The notes: generated by a model from the sequence alone, not told the origin. Positions 21,249 to 31,223 are shown, counted from the stretch's first letter. The stretch is DNA of 64,000 bases from Bdellovibrionales bacterium (GCA_965219095.1 CBDCMT010000001.1:2176001-2240000); one strand, 5' to 3'. Numbers and translations are program-made.

Positions 21249-21678
21249 TATACCAATTACAGAAATTAATTCGACATTTTTATGTTCAAATTTAAAATTT
21301 TAAAATTGACTTAAGGAAAAGCTTCAGTTAGGAGATTTTAAAAAAACTTCTTTTGAGGGGGAGGTTGAGTTTTCATAAGATATGTTTATTTCATGTATAT
21401 CTATTGTTGTGTGAATCGATTGATGGGTTAAAATAAGTGTAAAAAAGTGAGGTTAAAATTTAAAATGAAAAAAATCAGTTAGGAACTATTATAAAATACT
21501 ATCCCACAAAAGTATCTAATTTATTTTTTGACAGTTCCTTACACAATTTAATTTAATTTACAGTGCCACAGGCTCCTCTGATTTACAGGCTCAAAGTTCA
21601 TGATTTTCTTAGGGATTAAAAAAACTTTCCCCGAATGACATCTAAAAAAATCATAAAAACACTTTTTTACGTTCGACT
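21249..21678. mobile_element. Stack of IS relics: MITE end (21249-~21377), IS256-type end (~21430-21592), 57-bp mini element (21482-21538), IS5-type end (to 21678)
   Basis: Matches to repeats at 15179, 38145/48076 and 48266/51355. Confidence 0.75.
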
Positions 21679-21792
21679 ATTTAGAAGAGTTTAAAAGGTA
21701 AGCCATTGAATTGGAAGGAAAAATAGGTAAAAAGAAAGCCTCAGAGAAGCTAGGAGATAAGAAAACTCCAAGTGATAGGTTCTCTCTTTTGT

Positions 21793-23625
21793 TTAGTTTT
21801 GTAATATCTTATCAACAGTTTTTAAAAGTGCTTTCTTATAACTCCTAAAGTTATTTTGGTAATCATCTGGAGTCAAAGAATAACCCACATCAGGAGTCAC
21901 GCCTTTACTTTCTATAGGACTTCCATCTTTCCTGAAAGCAATTGAACCTGTAAAATGTAATTCCGTAATCCCCAGGTGACTTGAAACGTTTATTTTTCTA
22001 GCATAGCCACCAGCTCCGGCTGTTGTTTGACCAAAAATCGTAGCCCTCTTACCATCTTGTAAGATAGCAGGAAAAAAATCCCCCCCTGATATACTCAGTT
22101 CATCTACTAAAACAACAATAGGTTTTGAATAAGATACACCAGAAAAATGAGGAAAAATCACATCAGATAAAACAGAAATAGGTGTACTTAAAAAGGAATC
22201 TGTCTGAGAGTTTTCGTAAGAATCAATAACATCTCTTATGTCATTCTTCGTAATTCTTAAAAGCTCTTTTTTTGAGAGGAACCCGTAAATATAATCTCCC
22301 TGCAATCCTAGAGAATTAAACTGATCTTCAACCATTTTTTCTAATTCTCTTGAAGAAAGTTCCAGAACTCTCTTAGCCTCACTTACAAGCTCAACAGTCA
22401 ACACCTGACTATGTTTAGGAACAGCTATAGGCTCTGTAATGAGCATAGAAACTAGCTCATACAAGTAAGCTATATGTCCTCCCGGGTTATGAATTTGATC
22501 AATAATCAAGAGATCAGTCTGCTGGTCATAGACTCTTATGAGGTCAGAGAAAAAATCACTCATACTCCTAAACCCAAGCATCTCCTGAATATAATCTTTA
22601 ATACGAATGTAACCAATTTTTTTACCTTTGTGTTCAAAAATATAGTTAAAAAATGGAGAAGGTATACTTTGTACAACCTCTCCCATCTTTGGTAAAAAAC
22701 TTTGCATTGCTCCTATAGTATGTCTACTTATGTCTACACCCTTCTTTTGAGCAAGCTGACTGACTTGTTCATCTTGAGAAAAGAGCATGTTTTTTTCTAA
22801 AAGAGATGAAAGAAATCCATTTTCTTCTTCCATAAATTCCACTGAAATATTTAATTCAGAAGAGAAAAAAGAAAGAACTTCTAAGGAATCTAGGCTGTTC
22901 TCCCTTCTAAAACGTTCCCTTATAGGAGACCAACTGACATGATCAGGTTCATAATTCCAAACCATACTTATATTCTGAACATTTTTTGCTGCTTTTTTCT
23001 TTACGCCTATAACAACCTTTCCTTTAGAAACATCATATCCAAAACTAGCAAGCCTTATTGTCAAATGCTGAGTTGTACGTATTTTCTCTGTAAGGGATTT
23101 TGTGTTGCCTGAGTGTTTACGAATAAGATCTTCCACTACTTTATGAACACTTCTACCACCAAAAGTTATAATCTCATCCCCCACTTCTAAAGGCAGATTG
23201 AGACCTTCCTGTACTCCCACCACAAAGTATCTATTTCCTGCAGGCTTTAGAAGAAAAGGTAAAGTGGCTTTTTCTTGAGTAAAAATAGTTAAACTCACAT
23301 GGTAATCATGAGTTTTCCTCAATGAATTAAGCAAAAGCTTATGAAATTGTTTTATAGTGATATTGTGATTGTCTTGAATGGCCTTTATGATGGCCTCCCT
23401 TTCTTCTTTAGCAGACCATCTTACATCTTGAAATTCTTCTTTCCACTCTCTAGGAGCGTAGGCCACACTCATAGTACGAAAAATAGCCCGAGTTGTATCG
23501 ATCATCTCCCTCTGAAGTGCTGTTTCTGCCCATAATGGCAAGACAGCTAAATGAGTTGTAACAACTGATACAAAACAAGCAATTTTTCCTATAATATTTT
23601 TTTGCTGTCTTTGTGTCTGTACCAT
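21793..23625 (-). CDS. CPAF-like S41 serine protease, secreted
   Basis: YAPREWK, DYHV, NPGG, SGGDFFPAILQD, TAGAGG, IESKGVTP; signal peptide. Confidence 0.88.
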   Translation of the reverse strand: MVQTQRQQKNIIGKIACFVSVVTTHLAVLPLWAETALQREMIDTTRAIFRTMSVAYAPREWKEEFQDVRWSAKEEREAIIKAIQDNHNITIKQFHKLLLNSLRKTHDYHVSLTIFTQEKATLPFLLKPAGNRYFVVGVQEGLNLPLEVGDEIITFGGRSVHKVVEDLIRKHSGNTKSLTEKIRTTQHLTIRLASFGYDVSKGKVVIGVKKKAAKNVQNISMVWNYEPDHVSWSPIRERFRRENSLDSLEVLSFFSSELNISVEFMEEENGFLSSLLEKNMLFSQDEQVSQLAQKKGVDISRHTIGAMQSFLPKMGEVVQSIPSPFFNYIFEHKGKKIGYIRIKDYIQEMLGFRSMSDFFSDLIRVYDQQTDLLIIDQIHNPGGHIAYLYELVSMLITEPIAVPKHSQVLTVELVSEAKRVLELSSRELEKMVEDQFNSLGLQGDYIYGFLSKKELLRITKNDIRDVIDSYENSQTDSFLSTPISVLSDVIFPHFSGVSYSKPIVVLVDELSISGGDFFPAILQDGKRATIFGQTTAGAGGYARKINVSSHLGITELHFTGSIAFRKDGSPIESKGVTPDVGYSLTPDDYQNNFRSYKKALLKTVDKILQN

Positions 23626-23939
23626 TATCTCCCCTTATCTAATCGTGAACACAAAGCTACTTGTAAAAATTTCAAAGAGCAAATAAAGGAATGAACTGTG
23701 CATTAGCCTTATGTGAGTCATAAAGCTAACTTTTGTTGCGTAACTATAGTTACTTCTTATCCAAAATTATCCAAAATGCCTCTGGTGATTTGAAGAAAAA
23801 GACGCATATAGACATCTTTACCTTGAAGATTTACAGACTCTAAAAATGAATTATTTTAAGGTAATACCATTTCCAAAAATTAATGTGTGAATTTCGAAAT
23901 ATGTTAGCACATTTTGACAGTAAGAGTTAGAATGAAACC

Positions 23940-24030
23940 GGAGAGGTGGCAGAGTGGTTGAATGCACCGGTCTTGAAAACCGGCAAGCCTTTACAAGGCT
24001 TCGGGGGTTCAAATCCCTCCCTCTCCGCCA
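23940..24030 (+). tRNA. tRNA-Ser (anticodon TGA)
   Basis: GGAGAGG/CCTCTCC acceptor stem, CCGGT-CTTGAAA-ACCGG anticodon arm, long variable arm, GGTTCAAATCC, encoded CCA. Confidence 0.97.
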
Positions 24031-24347
24031 CTGAGAACAGTATCCGAACCCCCGATACGCTTACTACTCCCTATGTCTTTTTCTTCATCTTCTATCCCCA
24101 AGTACTCAACTACTACCCTATTTTTATAAACCACAATCCTTTTTATAAGCTCATAAAGAAGACGTTTCTTTTGTCTTAGTTCAAGTTTAGGAAATTGCTT
24201 GTTAACAATTTGCAGAGCCGAAAAAGCACTTTCAGCTGAGATCACTTTTCTCCCTATATTCTGTTTTTTTTCCTTTAGCCTTTCTACCTCTTGTTCAAGT
24301 TTGTCTTTTTTTATGCTCAGCGATTCAATTTTCTCCATTAAGTACAC
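24009..24347 (-). pseudogene. C-terminal relic of a large serine recombinase reading into tRNA-Ser
   Basis: Coiled coil followed by KKRLLYELIKRIVV; GGEGGI tail is the antisense of the tRNA 3' end. Confidence 0.65.
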
Positions 24348-24466
24348 TTTGAACCTTCCCTTTGTCTGTCTTAGAAAGGGTGGTCGTTAAAATATCTATT
24401 CCTTTTTTAACACCTTTTAAAGTCTCTAGATGAGAGAAAATAAGGCTTTTGTAGTGTTCTTTTTTT

Positions 24467-24758
24467 GTAACTGCTCACCTACATTGTTCAGTTAGGAGGT
24501 TTTAAAAAAACTTCTTTTGAGGGGAGGTTTAAGTTTTCATAGACGTTTCTTGAATCGATTTTCCTTCTTGCATATAGTGCAAAGCCAATAGTTTTATCTT
24601 GATGTTGGCACTTCTTTCTACTTTGTAAGTAGAGAAAATCATACCCTTGAAGCTTTGTAACTAAATCTTTAAACACTCTAAAAATTTAACAGAGTTTGAT
24701 TAAAAAGCCAGGACGCTATGCGTTAAAAGAATGTCGAATTAATTTTTGGAAATGGTAT
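24467..24758. mobile_element. IS66 left-end stub fused to an IS630-derived MITE
   Basis: GTAACTGCTCACCTACATTGTTCAGTTA (as at 57371) joined through TTCAGTTA to the MITE body. Confidence 0.85.
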
Positions 24759-24861
24759 TAGTAAGGCAAGGCGGGAATTTTTTTGCAAAGCATTGTATGC
24801 TTTCTTTTTCTTGCCTCATTATACTTTTTCTGTTAAAATTGTAGGCTGAAGGAGGGTTTTT

Positions 24862-25053
24862 ATGTACCCATCGTTTTGGCAAATTTTTATTGTTCTTTTA
24901 ATTGTACTGATTCTCTTCGGCCCTAAAAGGATTCCTAGTATGGGACGCTCCTTAGGTGAGGCCTTGCGTGGTTTCAAAAAAGCTCTTCATGATGATAAAG
25001 ACAGTGATAAGTCTAAAGAAACTCTTGTTTCTAAAAACTCATCTGAAAACTAA
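24862..25053 (+). CDS. tatA: Twin-arginine translocase subunit TatA/E
   Basis: TM helix + LFGPKRIP..GRSLGEALRGFKK; RBS AAGGAGG. Confidence 0.95.
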   Translation: MYPSFWQIFIVLLIVLILFGPKRIPSMGRSLGEALRGFKKALHDDKDSDKSKETLVSKNSSEN

Positions 25054-26339
25054 GCTGTACCAATAAGGTCTTCTAAATCTCTGATCTCCTTAGGAGCCTT
25101 ACAGGTTAAATTCTCACCTCCCGTAGATGTGACAAGAAGGTCATCTTCAATACGAAGGCCAAAGCCTCGTAGCTCTTGAGGGACCTTTTCATCGGTTAGG
25201 CTGATATAAAGTCCTGGTTCAACAGTAAAAACCATAGAAGCTTTAAAAGGACGGCTTTCTCCCTTTAAAGCTATAGAGCCTATATCATGAACATCAGAAC
25301 CTAGCCAATGCCCCAAGCCATGAGGGAAGTATTTTAAATAAAGCTTCTCTTCTATAATAACCTCTAATGGCTCATTAACTATATGAAAGGCTTTTAAGAT
25401 CCCAGAGATCTTTTCAACAGTTTTTTTATGTAAAAATTCAAAGCTCTCACCTGGTTTAATTAAAGAAATAATGTTTTTCTGAACTTCTAATAAAGCACTA
25501 TAAATTTCTTTTCTTAAACCTGTAAATTTTCCCTTCACAGGATAGCTACGAGTGACATCAGCTGTATAATAATTATACTCTCCTCCAGCATCTACTAAGA
25601 GCCAATCCTCTTTTTTTAAAACATCTTTGTTTTTTGTATAATGTAAACAGATAGCATTTGCTCCGGAAGCTATAATGCTACTATAACCTTCTCTATCAGA
25701 ACCTTTTTCCATGATAGATTGTAAAAAAATTCCATGTAGAGCTCTCTCAGAGAGGCCTTCCCTAGTGTGAGCCATCACTTGCTTGTGAGCGTAAGATGTG
25801 ATCTCACAAGCTTGTTTTAAAATCTTAATTTCATCTTCTGATTTGAAAAGACGCATTTCTCCTAAAAGAACTTCCGGGTCACAGACAGTTGGAAGAGAAC
25901 TCCCCTTTCTCCCTATAGCTTGTTTTAATTTTTTAAGAAGCTGTAAAAAGATCACATCAAAGGACTCATTATTATGAAAACTATAGTAAAGGGCCTGACA
26001 ACCTTTTAACAATTCCACCCCTTTTGTTAAAAACTCATGATTATGAAAACAATCATCAAATCCAAAGTGGGATTTAGCAGACTCTTTTCCCCACAACCTT
26101 CCCTCCCAAAGCTCTTTTACAGGATTTTTAGGTTCTACAAACATGTAACTTTTTTGGTTTACCATAAGAAAAACGCATCCCGGCTCTTCAAAACCTGTAA
26201 AATAAAAGACATGAGAATCCTGACGATACGGATGAGTCACATCACGGTTACGAAAAAACACAGGACGAGAGGGCAAAATAATGGCTTCATCACTTAATAG
26301 GCGGGCTAACTTCTTTCGTCTTAACTTACATTCACTCAT
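25050..26339 (-). CDS. pepP: Xaa-Pro aminopeptidase
   Basis: YRQDS, LHY, DAGGE..YTADVTR, HGLGHWLGSDVHD, TVEPG, RIEDD. Confidence 0.95.
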   Translation of the reverse strand: MSECKLRRKKLARLLSDEAIILPSRPVFFRNRDVTHPYRQDSHVFYFTGFEEPGCVFLMVNQKSYMFVEPKNPVKELWEGRLWGKESAKSHFGFDDCFHNHEFLTKGVELLKGCQALYYSFHNNESFDVIFLQLLKKLKQAIGRKGSSLPTVCDPEVLLGEMRLFKSEDEIKILKQACEITSYAHKQVMAHTREGLSERALHGIFLQSIMEKGSDREGYSSIIASGANAICLHYTKNKDVLKKEDWLLVDAGGEYNYYTADVTRSYPVKGKFTGLRKEIYSALLEVQKNIISLIKPGESFEFLHKKTVEKISGILKAFHIVNEPLEVIIEEKLYLKYFPHGLGHWLGSDVHDIGSIALKGESRPFKASMVFTVEPGLYISLTDEKVPQELRGFGLRIEDDLLVTSTGGENLTCKAPKEIRDLEDLIGTA

Positions 26340-26351
26340 AAGAAAATATTA

Positions 26352-27278
26352 CTAAAAACCGTAATCATTCTCAAGAACTTTTAGTATCTTTTTTGACTGC
26401 TCAAAGCCCTCTAAGAAGAGATTGTTTTTAGATAACTTTGAGGAAACCTTTAAATTTAACACCTCAAAGTTTCTTTGATTTTTATTGTTTTGTATAAACT
26501 TGTAAATTTTATTTTTTAGCGAAGCATAAAGAACTAGAGCGGCATAATCATCTTTAAAGCTAAAGTCTTTGTAGTTGGTTTGGATCAAAGCTTCTACAAA
26601 AATCACTAAATCCACCTTTTGTCTTAAATATTCATAAGATTCTTCAAAAGAGAAGGATGAAGAAACCCAAGAGGTTTGATGAGGTTCAAGCCAAGGAGGA
26701 TAAGCTAAACATTTGGTTAAGACATTCATAGTTGTTCCTGAAGACTGCCAAAAAACCCTTCCCGTAGCTAAGGAGAGGCTAGGGCAAAAAAACTTTACTT
26801 CCAACTCTTCCATACGTATTCTTTTAAATTTCTCAGACAAAAAAGAGTTCAAAAATTCATACACAGACAAAGTAGAACGCCATAAGCTCTTTTTTTCAAA
26901 AGGAAGTGGCCTTTTAGACAAGGCCCACTGAGCTCCATGACTGGAATTTTCTAAAGAGTAAAGAACTCCTATGAAAGCTCCCCACTCTAAACCCACTATG
27001 GCATAGGGTTTGATTCTTTTTTGTTCTAAAGCTTGTAAGACTCCTAAATAAGAAAGAGAAGCTTTATCTGAGGGAGCTAAAAGAAGACCTATTTTGAGAT
27101 CTCCTTTCCCTTGTGTAGCCACAAAGGTATTTGATTTTCCTGTTTTCAATGTTGTACAACCTAAAAAAAAGACAGAGCTTAGAGCAAAAAAAACTTTTCT
27201 CAAAAATCTCATACTAATTTTATACAAATAAAAACACAAAAAAGCAAAACACAAAATCTTTCTACACAAAACGAGCAT
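26352..27278 (-). CDS. Patatin-like lipoprotein with degenerate catalytic motifs (start probably 27212)
   Basis: FFLGC lipobox; YLGVLQAL; GLEWG in place of GxSxG. Confidence 0.65.
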   Translation of the reverse strand: MLVLCRKILCFAFLCFYLYKISMRFLRKVFFALSSVFFLGCTTLKTGKSNTFVATQGKGDLKIGLLLAPSDKASLSYLGVLQALEQKRIKPYAIVGLEWGAFIGVLYSLENSSHGAQWALSKRPLPFEKKSLWRSTLSVYEFLNSFLSEKFKRIRMEELEVKFFCPSLSLATGRVFWQSSGTTMNVLTKCLAYPPWLEPHQTSWVSSSFSFEESYEYLRQKVDLVIFVEALIQTNYKDFSFKDDYAALVLYASLKNKIYKFIQNNKNQRNFEVLNLKVSSKLSKNNLFLEGFEQSKKILKVLENDYGF

Positions 27279-28014
27279 AGATAAAGTACTCTTGATTGCC
27301 TTTAAAGCCTTTTGTTTTTGAAGGTCTAGTGCTAAGATGTTTGAAGCCTAATGCTCTCAGTGAAAAGAGAGCTTGATTTAATGTTTCTTCTACAATCTTT
27401 TTAGCATGGCTTTTTACAATCCCTTTTTTGTTCAAATGAATAGGATCTATTTCAAACTGAGGTTTAAACAGATTTAAAAATTGTGTTTTGTCTCTCATAA
27501 ACTTCATAAGGGAGGGGTAAACAGACAAAGATGATAGAAAAGAAACATCCATAACAATGAGATCAAACTCCCCTATCGAGACTTTCAAATCTCTTATATC
27601 TTGTCTTTCCCAGCACTTAAGCCTAGAATGAGACCTTAAACTTTTATGCAATTGCCTGCTACCTACATCAACACCCACAACATCTGAAGCTCCTTTTTTT
27701 AAAAGACATTCAGAAAAACCCCCTGTAGACACACCTACATCTAAACACCTTAGCCCTTGAACCACAATATGAAATTCTTCTAAAGCTTTTTGTAATTTCA
27801 AGCCTCCCCTTGAAACATAGGGAAACCTATAACTACACTCCACACGCATCCTTTTTTCTACCTTATAGCTTTTTTGAGATATCACAACACCATCAACAAA
27901 TACCACTTTTGATGCGATAAGCTCACAAGCTTTATGGCGAGAGGGAGCAATTTTTTTTTCAACCAAATATTGATCAAGTCTTAAAGAGTTCATGAGTTTC
28001 TTTTTTTGTTCCAA
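27262..28014 (-). CDS. tlyA: TlyA-family rRNA 2'-O-methyltransferase (start probably 27993)
   Basis: RLD S4 domain, YVSRGGLKL, LDVGVSTGGF, DVSFLS, KPQFE, GNQEY. Confidence 0.95.
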   Translation of the reverse strand: MEQKKKLMNSLRLDQYLVEKKIAPSRHKACELIASKVVFVDGVVISQKSYKVEKRMRVECSYRFPYVSRGGLKLQKALEEFHIVVQGLRCLDVGVSTGGFSECLLKKGASDVVGVDVGSRQLHKSLRSHSRLKCWERQDIRDLKVSIGEFDLIVMDVSFLSSLSVYPSLMKFMRDKTQFLNLFKPQFEIDPIHLNKKGIVKSHAKKIVEETLNQALFSLRALGFKHLSTRPSKTKGFKGNQEYFIYARFV

Positions 28015-28853
28015 GTTACAAAATGGCTTAACATTTGAAAGCGATCTATAGTCCTAAGTTCATCTTCACATAAAGTATGAAATTGATCCAAAGCCTTAAA
28101 GGCTTGAGCTTCTCCTAAAAAAGAAACCACATTGTTGTTTCCATCATAATCTCTATCTAAAAGATCATCTTTCATTTGAAAACAAAGACCTAAGCGTTCA
28201 CCAAAAGCTTTCAAACACTTTCTTTCTTCTTTGGTTGCTCTACATAAAACACCAGCTCCTTCTAAAGAAAGAGAGATAAAGAGGCCTGTTTTTAAATAAT
28301 GAAGCTTTTTGAACTGCTCAAAAGAGGAGGGTCTATTTTTCAAGTAGGCCAAATCCATCACCTGTCCGCTCATCATACCTTTAAAACTGCCGGCTTTACT
28401 TAAAAGACGAATGGTTTCTAAAGATTCTTGGGGCCTGTCCCTATAACCTGCTACAAGATTAAAGCTTTCAATCAAAAGACTGTTGCTTACAAGAAGGGAT
28501 ATAGCCTCCCCATACACCTTGTGATGTGCTACTTTGCCTCGACGATAAAAGCTATCATCCATACAAGGAAGGTCATCCTCAATGAGGGAGCAAACATGGG
28601 AGCACTCTAAGGCTAGGGCGTATCTTAAAAGGTAGCGAGGTGATATTTTAAATACCTCTCCTACACATAAAGCTAGGAGGGGACGAAATCTTTTCCCTCG
28701 GGCCTTTAAAGAATAAAGTGCTGAATCATAAAGCTTCACTGAACAAGACTCACTTAAGCTTGATTGCTTTTCATTTAAAAAGTAAAAATCTAAGTATTCA
28801 TTAAAAACAAGACTTTTATGAGAAAGAAATTTTTCAAACTCTAAAAAATTCAT
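27990..28853 (-). CDS. ispA: Geranyltranstransferase / FPP synthase
   Basis: GKRFRP, DDLPCMD..RRG, GQVMD, KTG, FQMKDDLLD. Confidence 0.92.
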   Translation of the reverse strand: MNFLEFEKFLSHKSLVFNEYLDFYFLNEKQSSLSESCSVKLYDSALYSLKARGKRFRPLLALCVGEVFKISPRYLLRYALALECSHVCSLIEDDLPCMDDSFYRRGKVAHHKVYGEAISLLVSNSLLIESFNLVAGYRDRPQESLETIRLLSKAGSFKGMMSGQVMDLAYLKNRPSSFEQFKKLHYLKTGLFISLSLEGAGVLCRATKEERKCLKAFGERLGLCFQMKDDLLDRDYDGNNNVVSFLGEAQAFKALDQFHTLCEDELRTIDRFQMLSHFVTWNKKRNS

Positions 28854-28856
28854 CTT

Positions 28857-29075
28857 TTAAGATGTCTCAAATGATTTCGTTTGACTCTCTCCTTTCTCAT
28901 TTATACTTAACAACTCCTTGACCCTAAGGCTTGCTTTTTCTAACTGTGCTTGACACTGTCTAGAGAGTTTGATTCCCTCTTCAAAAGACTTAAGGGATTC
29001 CTCAAGGTTTAAGTTGCCTTCTTCCATGTTTTTTACAATCTTTTCTAATTCTGAAAGTTTTTTTTCAAAATCCAT
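28857..29075 (-). CDS. xseB: Exodeoxyribonuclease VII small subunit
   Basis: FEKKLSELEKIV..ME.G.L.LEESL..FEEG. Confidence 0.95.
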   Translation of the reverse strand: MDFEKKLSELEKIVKNMEEGNLNLEESLKSFEEGIKLSRQCQAQLEKASLRVKELLSINEKGESQTKSFETS

Positions 29076-30531
29076 AGCTATCTCCTTTTTTATAAAATTT
29101 ATTCTTCTTATTAATGGAATTCACAACAGAACTCACTTGTCCTTTATCAAACTGAATCTCTAAAACATCACCTTTTTTTAGTTGATTTACGTTTTTTACA
29201 ATTTCATTTCCCTTGTAGCTCAAGCTATAACCACGACCTAAAACATTCAAAGGACTTAAATTATCTAAAGCTTTATAATAATTTCTTATTTTGAGTTGTT
29301 TTTCTGAAAGAGAAAACAAAAACATGTTTTTAAGAAGATCCTCTAAGCTTTGTCTTTTTTGCTCCTTTTGTTCTATTCTTTCTTGAGGGTTGATCAAACT
29401 GAGGCTTAAAGTTTTTCTCAATTCCTCTTTATGTTTAAAAAGAAGGTTTTGAGCACGATTCAAACGTAAAACAAATTCATCACAGGCCATCATTTTATCT
29501 TCAATCACTTTGCTAGGATCAGAGAGCTTTTGAGAAAAAAAAGAGAGTTTATCTTGCAAAGAGGATATTTTTTCAGAAAATCGCTTTACAACTTGACTAT
29601 GAAGGGAGATGACTTTTTGCAAAAGCTCATGTCTATCTCTAACAGCTAACTCTGCGGCCACTGAAGGCGTAGAAGCTCTCAAGTCTGCAACAAAATCACA
29701 GATGGTGTAATCAATCTCATGACCTACAGCTGAGATCGTTGGTGTAGAACAAGCCAAGAAAGCTCTCACTACAGACTCCTCATTAAAAGCCCATAAATCT
29801 TCTATAGAACCTCCTCCGCGACCACAAATGATGAGATCAGATCTTAAACTATCAGCTAAAGCTAAAGCTTTGATTAAACTTTCCTGAGCACCTTCTCCTT
29901 GAACCAAAGCAGGGACTAAAGTGACTTTCAAGCTATAAGACCTTCTTTTTAAAATGTTTAACATATCCCTTATAGCAGCTCCTGTAGGAGAGGTGACAAT
30001 TGCAATATGTTGAGGATAAAGGGGTAAGGGTTTTTTAAGACTCTTTGCAAAAAGGCCTTCTTTGTAAAGGGTCTCTTTTAGTTGTTCAAAAGCCAATCTT
30101 AAGGCCCCTTCTCCGAGAGGCTCCATAGAATGGCAGATCAATTGATAGTTGCCTCGTGGTTCATACACACTGATCCTAGCTTTTACTAAAACCTCCAAAC
30201 CATCTTTTGGTTTAAACTTTAAACGAGAGTTTGAAGAACGAAACATAAGGGCTTGAATTTGAGAACTTTCATCCTTAAGACGAAAGTAAAAATGGCCTGA
30301 AGTATGAGAGCAAAAATTTGAGATCTCCCCTTTTACATAAACATCTTGAAACTGATCCTCTATACAACCTTTGATAAGAGCATTTAAGCCTGAGACAGAA
30401 TAAGCTTTTTTGTCCTCTCCTTTAGAGATATCAGTGCTATCTAAAAAATCCTTAGAGCTTTCACTCTTAGAATCTAAAGTAGAACCTAAAGACAGATCTT
30501 TTGTAGGAGAAGAAAGAAACCTCTTTTTCAC
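29065..30531 (-). CDS. xseA: Exodeoxyribonuclease VII large subunit
   Basis: GEISN, SGHFYFRLKD, RGGGSIEDLWAFN, GHEID, TPS, RGYS. Confidence 0.96.
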   Translation of the reverse strand: MKKRFLSSPTKDLSLGSTLDSKSESSKDFLDSTDISKGEDKKAYSVSGLNALIKGCIEDQFQDVYVKGEISNFCSHTSGHFYFRLKDESSQIQALMFRSSNSRLKFKPKDGLEVLVKARISVYEPRGNYQLICHSMEPLGEGALRLAFEQLKETLYKEGLFAKSLKKPLPLYPQHIAIVTSPTGAAIRDMLNILKRRSYSLKVTLVPALVQGEGAQESLIKALALADSLRSDLIICGRGGGSIEDLWAFNEESVVRAFLACSTPTISAVGHEIDYTICDFVADLRASTPSVAAELAVRDRHELLQKVISLHSQVVKRFSEKISSLQDKLSFFSQKLSDPSKVIEDKMMACDEFVLRLNRAQNLLFKHKEELRKTLSLSLINPQERIEQKEQKRQSLEDLLKNMFLFSLSEKQLKIRNYYKALDNLSPLNVLGRGYSLSYKGNEIVKNVNQLKKGDVLEIQFDKGQVSSVVNSINKKNKFYKKGDSYGF

Positions 30532-30922
30532 TCTCTTACTCTAGCCCTTAGACCTGCTTTATGTCAATTGAGGTTCTTTCATTTTCTCATTTCGCTGTTT
30601 TCTTCTAAGTTAAGATTAGAAAACTTAATCTAGATGCCTAGTGTCACTCATCTTAATGCAATAATGAAACCTGAGTTTTTTGTTTTTGATTCAAAAAAAC
30701 ACTTTTTAAAACTTACACGTCTCTTTACAAACATAATAGCAAATGATAACATAAAAGTAAGCTTTTTTAAACCCTTTTTTTAAAAAATTATAACCTTAGA
30801 GTTTAAAGAAGTATTAAAAAAAGTTTAAAGACTTTTTTCTTTTAAAAAAATTAAGATATTTTAGTCTTTTTTTGAGAACCCGGCTTTTATTTTTTTCTAT
30901 GAAATGATATATTATTTATGTA

Positions 30923-31080
30923 GGCTTGGTATTGCAAAGAGAATGTAAACCCTACAAGATATAGAAATGGAGATGCCTCTGATAACGGTGTGCAAGTTCA
31001 TTGAATTGAAAAGCCTAAAGTTATTACTGTAATCACCGACTTTAAAGAACCATGGTTTACATGATCGTCAATACCAAGTC
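30923..31080 (+). ncRNA. Putative rod-like structured RNA with 6S-like architecture
   Basis: Nested stems GGCTTGGTATTG/CAATACCAAGTC, ATGTAAACC/GGTTTACAT, CGGTG/CACCG around a central bubble; followed by a T-run. Confidence 0.6.
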
Positions 31081-31223
31081 TTTTTTTTTTATTTTTTGAC
31101 TTAACTCCTCACTTTTTTTTACTTAAGTTTTTATAATTTTATTCCGATACATAAAACAAGAGGGTATTTAAACTTTCTATGTTTCATTATGAGACAAGGA
31201 AAACTTAGACGAAAAAGAAAGTT

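Noticed and set aside
23940..24179. ORF 23946-24179, or tRNA-Sec/suppressor interpretation
   Set aside because: The ORF overlaps the tRNA; anticodon TGA reads the UCA Ser codon and the acceptor stem is a normal 7 bp
27262..28853. Absence of dxs between ispA and tlyA as a recent deletion
   Set aside because: The genes overlap cleanly with no scar; more likely the lineage's normal arrangement
30923..31080. Retron msr-msd or riboswitch
   Set aside because: No adjacent reverse transcriptase and no recognisable riboswitch consensus
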